64,000 nt of DNA, taken from positions 9,889,778 through 9,953,777 of the forward strand of contig CM082597.2 in NCBI GenBank assembly GCA_040954595.2, given 5' to 3'. Shown here in pieces: positions 23,313 to 35,500 of the stretch (position 1 is its first letter; each line of letters opens with the position of its first letter). The position numbers and the translations under genes are program-made. This stretch comes from Balanoglossus misakiensis. Lineage: Eukaryota > Animalia > Hemichordata. Under the pieces are notes generated by a model. The model saw only the letters and a list, made by a program, of their open reading frames with translations. It did no database searches and was not told the DNA's origin.

Positions 23313-26140
23313 TTAAGCAATAAAACTCCCCCAGCCATGGTATACCACGAGATTTTGACCAGTTCACGACATATACGCACGAGCGATAGCGAGTGCGTAT
23401 ATGGAGTTGAACTGGTCAAAATCGAGTGGTATACCACGGCTGGGGGTGTTTTATTGCTATTTAGAGAATAATGAACGCCCCAAAGACCCATAATGGACGA
23501 AAGCACACATTGTGCGTCATAATATACGAGGCGAAGCCGAGTATATTATGGAGCACAATGTGTGCTTGAGTCCATTATGGGTCTTTGGGGCGTTCATTAT
23601 TCTCATTATTTTATAGTTTTGTCAATGCCAGTGAATTTGCAGACTTCAAAAAGTATAGGTGCGAACAATTCAGACTCGGACACGGAGATCGAGAACAGAG
23701 CAATGGCGTACGCGTAAACAAAAGGTCACCTGATCGCGGTGTATCAGAGTACTGTACGTTTCTTGTATCATATTCAAACATCAGGAAATAAATAATGAAG
23801 GTTTATTAACGCATGTGAAAATTCATTTAAGGGTTCTGCTGAAATATATCTGAAAAAGTTTCGATTTTTGTGTAATCTTGGGGAGGACTCGGGGAATATT
23901 TGAATTCGTTTGCGTTCTCAGGAAAGTTCACGTATACGGGCGCTCGGAAGGTTGCAATACATAAACAAACTCACCCTCGATCGACCCTTCGTACCGCGTA
24001 GACAACATGACAGTGACACTTGCGGCATAAATTTTTTTTACGTATAGCTTCGTTGACATGACTGCTTGGTACATGGTACACGGTGAACGAATGTCAAATC
24101 CAGCATCATCGAGAGGTTTGCTTTACGTGCGTGAGCGAGCCATGTTGACTGCGCGTGATTCAAGAGCAGACGACGTGTACCATGTGTACTGCAGCCGTAG
24201 GAAGACAAAATAAACAAAACGCCAGTCGAGGACAGATTTGGAAATTAATAAATATCGCCGTTTTTATTCTGTGTACGTTTGCATTTCTTTTTTTAGCCCT
24301 CTAAATGTTCGCATTGTCTGAAAACTTCCGTTATTCAGTCGGAAATTGTACACGTCCACTGGTTCTTGGGTGCGTCGCGCGTCCATCGAATAACACGATA
24401 CATTATCAGTAATAATGTATAGCTATGACGTCACAAAATTCAATGGTATTGATAAAGCTATAATATATTATATTATACCAGTATATTGATGGTGTAAATC
24501 ACGCTATTTGATTGGTCGAGACACGACACGTGACCGTGATATATTAGCCATATACCACAGTCATATATCATAGTTAAAGAAAATGCCTTTTTAAAATGTT
24601 TTATGCAAAGTTTCAATATACTGGCATAATATAATAGCAATAAAACACCCCAGCCATGGTATACCACGAGATTTTGACCAGTTCACGACATATACACACT
24701 CGCTATCGCTCGTGCGTATATGTCGTGAACTGGTCAAAATCTCGTGATATACCATGGCTGGGGGTGTTTTATTGCTTAAATATTACATATGTACCGTCGA
24801 TTACTTGCACCGAGCGCGCACGTAACATAGGTATTTGCACTCAGTGCAATACCAAAAACATTATGCCATACCTGTATGCAAATGAGTTTGTTACCGGAAC
24901 TACCTTTTGGTTGTAAACAAATCGTCTACCTCACAGATCAGTCAACCTTTGCGTGGTCTAGCTGCAATCGTTGACTGTTTCAATGGGTTTAGCTAAAATA
25001 CGCAAAGGAAGGTTACACGGACAAAAACTAAATAGCTGTTATTGGCGGGACATAAATTTATCTTTTATTTCAATGTGAACGAGGAAACACCAGCACAACC
25101 GCATCGCATCATCGTCGCATCGGACGCCGTCGTCCAGCGTTGCCTTGTCAAGAGCCGTCCCAGGCCACGCATTGACCGATTTGGACGATGAATAGCTCGT
25201 GAAATATTATTTCGGGACTTCCGTGTGGTGACGTTCTTAATATTTTGAACGTTTTGCTTGTATGTGACATTGGGCATTCCTGAGACGTTCCGATTTCATA
25301 GTCTGACACTCGCAGTTTCGTGTTTGTAGCATACTAATGCCGACATCTCGTCAAAATCGCGATCGTTCAGGTTGTTTTGTTCATGCGAAGGACGGCACCT
25401 ACAGTAGATTTTTTATAATTCGTGTCTTAGGTACCGTACGTGGGATTTAAATTTTCTGATTTTTCACAGTATACATGTATTTATCTTGTATTATCGTTTA
25501 ATTCCACCGCCATAGCGATTTATACATTTCTAGATGCCGCGGTACTTGTTGTATGACCCCGGCCTGTGACCCGTAAATAAGTAAACAACATTGTCCAATC
25601 AAAGATGGGGGTGTGGTGTTACTGGCCAATGAAAATTTTGATGACGTAATCGTACTGTGACCTGTTCACGAAACAAGCAATATCATTACGCGGTCTCATT
25701 TATTTCATTTTCGGTCTTTTTTTCAAAATGGGATGAACATATGTAATAATAACAGAACCCCATGGCTCGATCGTGCAAGCACGGCGTACCGGTATTATTT
25801 GCACTCGTGCTGGCGGTGTATTCTTGGTGCCCCCCGCACTCGCTGTCGCTCGTGCGGGGGACGGGCGCAAGAATACACCGCCAGACACTCGATGCAAATA
25901 ATACCGTTACGCCGTGCTTGCACGATCGAGCCATGGGGTTCTGTCATATTATATTGTACCGGTACATGTATATTGAAACTTTGCATAAAACATTTTGAAA
26001 AGGCATTTTCTTTGACTATGAGTTTGGCGTGATATATGACTGTGGTATATGACGAATATATCACAGTCACAATTACTCACATGTCGTGTCTCGACCAATA
26101 AAATAGCGTGATTTACACCATCAATATACTGGTAATATAA
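23313..26140. mobile_element. Cluster of nested hairpin cassettes (Crypton-like non-autonomous elements)
   Basis: Four long hairpins (23313-23460, 23461-23604, 24636-24779, 25749-25947) and IR-bounded bodies (23612-24462, 24472-24630, 24781-25748, ~25955-26140), abutting at TA-rich junctions without TSDs. Confidence 0.75.
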
Positions 26141-26260
26141 TTCCTGATAACTGATGGGTGTACGCGTACAATGAGATTCACTTGTCACAGTTTATGACCT
26201 TATGACCTGTAATCGATACTGATAACATCTTCATAGCAAAGTTGTAGCAAACTTGGTTTA

Positions 26261-26753
26261 CTGTCGTTCCCATCTGGATTCGAACGATAATGTTGATCTA
26301 AATGTTACTATACTTGCACATTTGGTTTGCCAAGTTGTTCCTTATCTTACTTCAGTTTCGGCGCCCAGTTGCTGATGTTGCGGTAAATTCAAAGAGGTTA
26401 TATCGAGATTGATAACAATACTAACAGTGGGGTATTACGGGTGTCGTAATCGTCTTACACTTCACATTGCTTGCTAAAGCAAGACTTTTATCTACGCGTG
26501 CTTTTACCACACACAGGGCTATTAAATAAAGTCAGGGTAGCGCCAATCAGTTGACTCGTTTTATTGTCTTATTTAAACAAACTGGCGAAGCATCCTACCG
26601 GGTAAGAAACCATTAATCCTGTTTGTGTTTGCCGCAAAGCATATAAACTGTACAACAACTGTAGCAAAGTTGGAATCAACTTCACAAACCAATTACACAA
26701 GTGTGATAACATTTAGATCAACATGAACGTTCGAAGCCAGATGGGAATGACAG
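26261..26753. mobile_element. TA-flanked TIR element
   Basis: TA|ctgtcgttcccatctgg ... ccagatgggaatgacag|TA; absent from the paralogous host repeat (26150-27560 vs ~52865-53855). Confidence 0.8.
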
Positions 26754-26914
26754 TAATGTTGAATTTGATACAGTTTACATACAGGCAGCCACCCTCTTGG
26801 GAATTGTAATAGTAATACATTGCGATATCACGCCTATATATCGGACTCAGCTGTGCAGGCAGTGAACTACCGTGACTCCAATTGCTTCTGAAACCAACTC
26901 TGTCAATGAGTACC

Positions 26915-27325
26915 TAGCCCGGAGACCAAGGCGTCGGGGAAAAGAAACGCCCGGGGACAGTCTCTATTTATGAACAGAATTCTGTGCGTAGAACGACACG
27001 GGTGGTAAATCTTGCATGTAAGCTAATTGGTCACTCAATGTAAACCAAATGACATCATCGCATTCTAAATAAGGAAATAGAGGCGTGAAATTCCCGTGAA
27101 GGGATGTGGGAGTGGTTTTGAAGGTGTATGAATATTCATAACCAAGCTTTGTTAATTATATCATCCAACCACTGGCGCCCGTCAACATTTGATAGATCAC
27201 TCGTTATCCATTCGTTACTAAGCAACCCTGATCGTTGCCAGGGCTACTATCTTTCAGCTCGGCAGGAAATTGCTCGACTGTCCCCGGTCGTTGTATTCTA
27301 GATCGACGTCCTGGTCTCCGGGCTA
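26915..27325 (+). mobile_element. ~415-bp MITE, TAG..CTA termini, 9-bp TSD (AcademH- or MULE-type), copy 1
   Basis: atgagtacc|tagcccggagacc ... ggtctccgggcta|atgagtacc. Confidence 0.92.
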
Positions 27326-28717
27326 ATGAGTACCAGCAGTCTCAGTTTTGTTGAAAATCCCCCCATTGAACTTTTAATATAGATTCAACTGCTAATTTCT
27401 TGGATAAGACTCCAAAAAGACAGAGTTGAGAGTATTCTTATTACATGCTTTAGGACCCCTAGCCAGACAACAGTTGATCTTGGAATGAATTCCCTAGCTT
27501 TTAGAAATACCCTATGGATTTTATATAATGGGGAACAAGTTTTCTCAAATTTACTCCTAAAATAATAAAGGACTTGAAAGAATAAATTAGTCATTTTTCC
27601 TCCACCCCTCCAGCTGAGCAGGTTATTTGGAATAAGGCCAGGATTCTTGTCAATAACAAGTCTGTTTTTCATCCTTATTTGTATAAAAAGGGGGGATTAT
27701 TCATCTTTCTGATATTTTGGTAAAAACTCTAAATTTAGAAATGAAGCAGATTTAAAAGATCTTAAATGTAATCAAAATCAGAAAAGTAAAACAAAGATGC
27801 ATAAACAGTAATCAGCAGTGAATTTAATTATCAGAACAATAGTGATAAGATCTTGACTGTTGTGAACACGTGATTTGTACAATTTGTACAAAATGCAGGT
27901 TAAAGTATATGGTCATTGTGACACAGACCAAGGAGTCTGAGTGTTTTATTAAAAACATCAAATTATTGTGTATGTGTGTGTACGTGTAACGTTTATGCAT
28001 GGACATACATGTATGTCCATGGTTTATGTTGTCCCCATAATATGGAAAATGTCCCCAAAAATAAATAGTGCGGGGACACAGTGTCCCCTGTTATAAAATT
28101 CCTGGCTGCAACACTGTCACAATCTTTCATCTGCATCTTGTCCTAGTGTGTTTCCAAAATATGAACCCCTTAAAAGATGTGTAATGAGGGAAGTGAATCA
28201 GTTGTGTTTTGTTTTAGGGTCACGGTGATACATGTACAGACCACACATGACTTTTAATACATGTATTTATCATTGATAGGAAAAGCAGTTAGTGTTTCTT
28301 TTTTACGCTATGGTCAGTACATTCCTTCTTTTTAGCTCAATGTACACCAAGGACCCCTCCCCCCCAGTAAAATGACAATGGAACCCCTAGTAACATTTAC
28401 CTTGGTACCAACTGAAGCAAAACATTACATATTGCTTCAGATATTGATCTCACATAATGCACAGAGATATGTTCGGCATTGTCTTTTTAAGCTCCAGTAA
28501 CTCAGACTTTAGGCTATCTTTCCAGTATTTTTGTTTTGGCTATCAACTGTGGTTTTTTGTTCTACTCTTTAGCTAAAGACAGAACATTTCTTAAAGCTGT
28601 CCAGAGTAGAATAAAAATTCAGGAGTTGATACGCGAGGATGACAGAAAAATTCTGAAATAATAGCTAAAAGTTAGAGTTACTGGGGCTTTAAATTTCTGT
28701 TTTACTTTGTCTTGCAG

Positions 28718-28749
28718 CCTGGAGTACCCATGGAAATAGTATTGAATAA
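28718..28749 (+). CDS. HYOU1: HYOU1 coding exon 2 (32-nt micro-exon)
   Basis: cttgcag|CCT...AA|gtaagt; encodes PGVPMEIVLN(K), the conserved HYOU1 motif; ends phase 2. Confidence 0.95.
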
Positions 28750-28847
28750 GTAAGTATGCTTTTACGAGATTTGCATAATTTATTATTTTGTTACATGATG
28801 ATTTACACTTTACAGTATTTCTCCATGTCCAAAAAACTTTATATTAA

Positions 28848-29191
28848 AGGGACAAAGTCTCTCTTTCTCTGCCCTTTTTCCATTAATTATGTTTGATACA
28901 AGACACCATTTATGTTATTCTTCATGTGGATATATAGTGAATGATCGTTCGACCACACACAATTTCCATCCTGCTTGTAGGATTTGAGAGTCAAAATCTT
29001 GCAAAAATGAATAAATGGTAAACACCGATTATTCATTTTGGCGAGTTTTTTAATCTTGTGTCTACAAGTGGGATGGAAGGTGTGTGTGGTTGAACGTTTA
29101 TTCACTATATATCCACATGTAGAATAACATAAACGGCGTCTTGTATCAAACATAATTAATGGAAAAAGGCCAGCGAGAGAGAAACGTCCCT
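28848..29191. mobile_element. Palindromic TTAA-flanked MITE (Kolobok-like)
   Basis: TTAA|agggac ... gtccct|TTAA with long internal inverted symmetry. Confidence 0.8.
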
Positions 29192-29576
29192 TTAAGTATA
29201 ACAGTGTTTATTTGTAGGTAAATTGTTCTATGAAATTTTAGAATGCAAATGGTTTTAAAAGTTATTATCACATTGTTGACGAAGCGGAATTCCAAAAATC
29301 ATATTGTACAATGTACATCCTGCAACATATGCATTCTGTATACTATTGTTTCTAACTACCTGGCCCATAAACAAAGACATGTGTACATGTGTGTTACCGG
29401 TATAGCCTTCATTGATTTTGAGGAGACTTTTGATCAAATTCACATTGCACAATGTTTTACATGTATAAATTATTAAAATGTGGCTGGAGATGTAAATTGA
29501 TCTACTTAGTTAATATGTATTGACGTTACTACCTTTTTGTACATTTTAGGTGGTGAAACAAACATGTATTGTTTAA

Positions 29577-30080
29577 AGGCACATAAGCTGTAACTTTTGG
29601 GATAATTTTCATAATTTTTGTTTCAAACTGCACTACCATTAGTCCATGCAGATGATGGCAGTGAACAATACACAAGCATTATAAATCCTAAATATGAGTG
29701 CATATGCAAGTTTTAACCAGATAAATAATAAACCTTTGCCGCAAGCGATTATGGCCGCCACCGTGGGAAAATGCAAGAAACAATGAAAATGTTGCATTTC
29801 CGGTTGTGAAACTTCATAAACAAAACATGATCTCATCCACTTGAGCTCATGGAAGTAAATGTACACCACTGAGACATCAGATTTTCATTTTTCATTGCAA
29901 TATTGCACTTTTTTTAAAATTGCAGGAATTTTCGTTTTTCTTTAATTTTTGGCCATTTTGTCATAAATAAGTGTTGAGCTTGATATATTATCATGAAATA
30001 GCATTTAATAGACATAATTAAAAGCATATATGAGATTATTTAAAACTTTAATTTTTTATCCAGTTGCAGCTTACGTGCCT
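29577..30080. mobile_element. TTAA-flanked MITE (Kolobok-like)
   Basis: TTAA|aggcacataagctg ... cagcttacgtgcct|TTAA. Confidence 0.8.
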
Positions 30081-31014
30081 TTAAACCTTGAGTAACTCTC
30101 AAGTTGGCCTTTTTTCTCAGTACTTTACATGTGTAGGTCCCATTTGGTATATATGCCATTGGGACCTTATGGGATTAGTTGCGTCTGTACATGTATATAT
30201 GTCTGTATGACTGTCCACTTCAAAAACTTGAAAACCGCAGCACACATCACCCTGGTATTTGGTGTGTAGATACAGGCCGGGCTGTAGATGAGATTTTTTC
30301 ATCAAAAATTATTTTCTTTGAAACCGCTTGTCAGATTTCTTTGGACTTTGCTAGGCATGTTCCTCAGGGTGATTGAAGTAAGATATTTAATTGTACAGGT
30401 TTGGTGATACATTGCATATTTGTTTTTGTTTTTGGAAAGTTTTTGCAATTGTTGACCAAATATTGCTTTCTCAGAAACTGCTTGTCAGATTGCTTTGAAT
30501 TGAAATGAAGTCATATCTGGTTGCCCATATTACTTGTGATGTTTTCCCAGTGTACACCTATTTCTGTGTAATCCCCAGATTGGACCACAGTGTCCTTGAT
30601 GCTGTGTTTTTATTGGGTATCTGCTGTGGTTTCTTGTTCTACTCTGTAAAGCATAGTTTGTTCAGTATTCTCTATTGTAGTATTTAATCAGGATTGTTAT
30701 TGTTGACAATAACAATGGCCCTGACTCATGTACAAGCTATATTCGGAAGCTTAAAAGACTGAATTTTTCATAAAGCTACCCAGAGTAGAACAATAGACCG
30801 GTGTTCATGTGTGGGAGAAAAATACTGAAGAAATAACCTAACTTCATTAGGCTTTAAATTTTTTAATTTGCCATATTAACACACCATTGCATCACAACAC
30901 AGAACATCACACATATTTCTTTTTATTAGACCACATTAAACCCACTGAACTACACAACAGTACATAGCATTATGTCACACCTTGTCTGACAATGACACTT
31001 GCCTATTTTTGTAG

Positions 31015-31093
31015 GGAATCCAAGCGTAAAACTCCAGTTACTGTAACCATGAAAGATAATGAAAGATTATTTGGTGAAGATTCAGCTGCTGCA
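31015..31093 (+). CDS. HYOU1: HYOU1 coding exon 3
   Basis: tttgtag|G GAA...GCA|gtaagt; ESKRKTPVTVTMKDNERLFGEDSAAA; 79 nt, phase consistent. Confidence 0.95.
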
Positions 31094-31171
31094 GTAAGTT
31101 CTATTTCTTGACAATTTTTTGCCTGAAATGGAATGGTTACTTTTTTCATAACTTTATCAAGAGTCACTTAC

Positions 31172-31917
31172 GGTGGCATTGCATGAAAGGTTGTGATTTT
31201 TGCCAAATTTTACTTTGTTACATAAATCGGTAGGTCTAATACTGATCCACATTCTGACAAATGCGTCTTGGCAGAAATGGTGCATAAATAGCACTTTTCT
31301 GAATGAGTCCACAGCTTAAGAAATACGTGTCAACAATGCAAATGGCCGTTTTTGTCAGTTTGCATTTTCGCCGCTTTTGACAACTTCAGAAGAATTTAGC
31401 TTCGCTCTGAGTTGGCCGAATTTTCTCAAATTTTAACAAGGGATTGTGTATGACCCATCTAACAAAACTTTTTAGTCGATAAAGTGTCCCTGGCGGGAAT
31501 AAACTTTGATTCAATACAACTCAACGTGAATTTGATCAAATGTTCTAAAAATCTAAATTTCAAACGCTGTTACTCCTCAATGGAAGCAGATAACGCAAAA
31601 CAAATTTTTTCGTTTTTTTTGCACGTGTACTCTAGTTTCGATTGACCTATTAAGATGCATGATGCATGGTCAACTTTTTTACCTAATTTCATTTGAATGA
31701 CATAATATCAAAAACTGGGTTTTTTAACCCAAAAACGCCACCATTTTCAGGGGTCAATAAAATGTGCAACCATTTCCGGGGGTCAATAAAATGTGCAACT
31801 CAAACAAAAGTTCAAAAACTCAGTTTCTAGAATATGTATGGTTTATAGGGGTTTTAATGTTGTCTTTGATGAGAAATATGCCTGTGAAAACTCTTGACAG
31901 TTTCATGCAATGCCACC
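31172..31917 (-). mobile_element. Kolobok-like element, copy 3 (inverted)
   Basis: ggtggcattgcatgaaa ... tttcatgcaatgccacc|TTAA; reverse complement of 629-1334. Confidence 0.85.
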
Positions 31918-32111
31918 TTAAATTTACCTTAATGACAGCATAGCCAGTAGAAAGAGACTATCTATGATCATAGCAAACTATGAAAGGTAGTATACACCTC
32001 AGGGACAAAAGACAAAGAAAAGTGATAGTACTTTTCTAAACCTGTCATATTCTGTGCTGCATTCAAGTGTGTGAGAAATTTTTTGAAAACAAAGAAGAGA
32101 ACAGGATTCAC

Positions 32112-32531
32112 TAGCCCGGAGACCAAGGCGTCGGGGAAAAGAAAGGCCCGGGGACAGTCTCTATTTACGCACAGAATTCTGTTCGTAGAACGACACGGGT
32201 GGTAAATCTTGCGTGTAAGCTAATTGGTCACTCAATGTAAACCAAATGACATCATCGCATTCTAAATAAGGAAATAGAGGTGGAGTCATGTGTGAAATTC
32301 CCGCGACGGGATGTGGGAGTGGTTTTGAAGGTGTATGAATATTCATAACCAAGCTTTGTTAATTATATCATCCAACCACTGGCGCCCGTCAACATTTGAT
32401 AGATCACTCGTTATCCATTCGTTACTAAGCGACCCTGATCGTTGCCAGGGCTACTATCTTTCAGCTCAGCAGGACATTTCTCGACTGTCCCCGGTCGTTG
32501 TATTCTAGATCGACGCCTGGTCTCCGGGCTA
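32112..32531 (+). mobile_element. ~415-bp MITE, copy 2
   Basis: aggattcac|tagcccggagacc ... ggtctccgggcta|aggattcac. Confidence 0.92.
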
Positions 32532-32579
32532 AGGATTCACCCGATTCGCCATCTTGTTTTCATCTGACAATCAAGTGGC

Positions 32580-35500
32580 AGTGTTTTGTAACAAAGCAAG
32601 GGAGGTGGGCAATTACATCACAGAGAAGAAAATCGACTTGCTTGCCATTACTGAAACCTGGCTGAAAGAGAATGCAAATCAGCATGAAATCAACGAGTGT
32701 GTACCAATTGGTTACTCATTCCAACAAAGTCCTCGTCTCAGTGCTACAGGTTGTGGCTTGGCTCTTGTCTACAAGTCATCCGTAAAGCTTTTGTCCTGGA
32801 AACAACTGCATGAATTTAAATCCTTAGAGGCAACTGAAGCTATCCTCACATATCAGAATATTTCTATTAAATTGGTTATTGTCTATCGTCCACCACCGAA
32901 TTCAAAGAACAGGTTAACTGCGTCAACGTTTTTGACAGAGTGTGGATCTATGCTTGTGCAAGTAAATTCATATGATGGACATTTATTCATAGTTGGTGAC
33001 TTTAATTTTCACCACGATAATAAGTTGAATTCCATTACTACAAAGCTGTTTGACGTGATCGATTCTTGTGGACTTACGCAGCTTGTGCAGAAGCCAACTC
33101 GTGTCAAGGGTCATATACAATGTACTTGACCTGATCATGACTAGTTCTGACCATGTTATTGATTCCATCTGTGTGGATGACGTCCCTCTCTCCGACCGTT
33201 ACCCTATTCATGCTACATTATCACTTGGTAAACCAGCGCTGCCGAGACGTCAAGTTGTTTATCGTAAACTTTCATCCATTTCTGTTCAGGCTTTTGCAAA
33301 TGACATTACGACAACCGGTTTCCTAAATCAGACACCAGACGACCTGCAATCTGCAGTTTCAGCTTATAATTCCAACCTTTCTGCTATCCTGGACAAACAT
33401 GCACTCATAAAGAAGCTGGTCAAAACTGTTCGACCAAACACCAAGTGGTATACAAGTGAAATTCATCAAGCTAGAAAGCTAAGAAGATCAAGTGAGCGAA
33501 AATGGTGCAACACAAAACTAGAAATTCATAAACAAATTTACAAGTTTCACTGTCAGCTTGTGTACAATCTGATTCGCTCCACAAAATCGAAGTACATTGT
33601 ATCACGCCGATCTTATCCGGAACAAAAAAGATAATCAGAGGACTCTTGCCAGAGCAGTGTCGTTTTTATGTCACAGTCAAGTTTATCTCCTAACCCATAC
33701 ATCTGTCAATGAACTCACAGAGCGTTTTTCACAATACTTTACCAAGAAAATCACAGATATCAGGAATACTCTGGACACTAGTACAGTCATTGGACAGTTT
33801 GATTCAGTTGAACTCTGCACTGATTCTACTCTGTCTGCATTTCAATCAGTACATGTAAGTGTAGACTTGGCAAAGAAAACCATTCAGAAATCGCCCACCA
33901 AGACGTGTTCTCTTGATCCAATGCCTACATTGCTGTTGAAACAATGTCTTAGTCCACTTCTCCCGTTCATAACACAGTTCATCAACTCATCACTGCAGTT
34001 TGGTGTGGTTCTATCCTTCTTCAAGTCGGCCACCGTTACACCTCTGCTTAAAAAACCCACCCTGGATTACAATATTCTTAAGAATTACCGACTGGTTTCT
34101 AACCTACCATTCCTCTCCAAGGTTCTTGAGAAGATAGTTGTCTCCCAGATCAATAACTATCTTGCCATGAATTCACTTCTGGAGCCGTTGCAGTAAGCAT
34201 ACCGCAAATTCCACAGCACCGAAACAGCTTTTCTGAGAGTCCACAATGACATCTGCACAGCACTCAACTCGATCTACTCATCTTACTTGATCTTTCTGCC
34301 GCACTCGATACCATTGATCACGGGATAGTTCTTCATAGACTATCGAACCATGGCATCTCAGCACAGTATACATGGTTTACGTCCAACCTTCATGATAGAC
34401 ATCAAACTGTAATCATCGAAAACAGAGCAAGTTCACCGTCACCTCTCGTATACAGGGTGCCACAAGGCTCTCCCTGGCCCTCTGCTGTTCACCATTTATA
34501 TAGCCCCACTTGGTAAACTGATGTGTCCCCACATCCTACAATTTCATCAGTACGCTGATGATAACCAGCGATACCTTGCCTTTTCCCATCAAGATTCAAC
34601 CTCTGCCGTTCAATCTCTGGAGATCTGTATCCATGACATAAAGGCATGGATGACGCTGAATAAACCAACTAATTGACAACAAAACCGAAATCTTTATTAT
34701 TAGCTCAAAATTTTAGTCATCTTCCTGATCCTATTCCATAATAGGATCAGGAAGATGACTAAAATTTTGAGCTAATAAGAAAGAATGTGCGACGGCTGGA
34801 GTCAAAGTATTGCTCGACAAAGCTCGAGATTGATCGGCAGATTTTTCTGATAAAGCGAACTGAATATTTTCGCCGCTGTGACGAATCAAAGGCCGACTAC
34901 CATCGCGCTCGCATCCAAGAGGCAGATAACAAGAAGTTGTTTAAGATCGTCTCTGAGCTATCTGATACGAAAGCTATCAACGCTAAAGCTGTACCCAGTG
35001 AAATTCCATTGAAGGAACTACCATCCAGATTCCTGAGCTATTTCAATTCTAAAGTTGCCAATCTTCGTGAGGGCCTTATCAGTTGCAGTACTGACACCGG
35101 CAACACCTTACCACCTCACAATTTACCAACTTTCAGTGAGGTGTCCATGCATCAGGTTAGTACTCTTATTGAACGGGCAGCTCCAAAATCATGCGATCTG
35201 GATATTCTCCCGACAATCTATATCAAGAAATTCGCCTATGTTCTTGCACCGTTCATTACGCAGCTCTTTAATGCATCACTATCATCTGGCGTCGTTCCCA
35301 GTCATTTTAAATCTGCGATCATTCGGCCATTGCTGAAAAACCCGGACCTTGATCCAAACAGTCTGAAGAACTACCGACCTGTGTCAAATCTGCCATTTCT
35401 ATCGAAATTACTTGAACGGGTTGTTGCCTCGCAATTGAACATTCACCTGGCTAATCATTCACTGTTAACCAAGTTCCAAAGTGCGTATCGCGCTCACCAC

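Noticed and set aside
25065-25277. Possible recombinase remnant in the cassette body
   Set aside because: No tyrosine-recombinase catalytic motif (R..HxxR..Y) or other convincing signature in the frames I could read.
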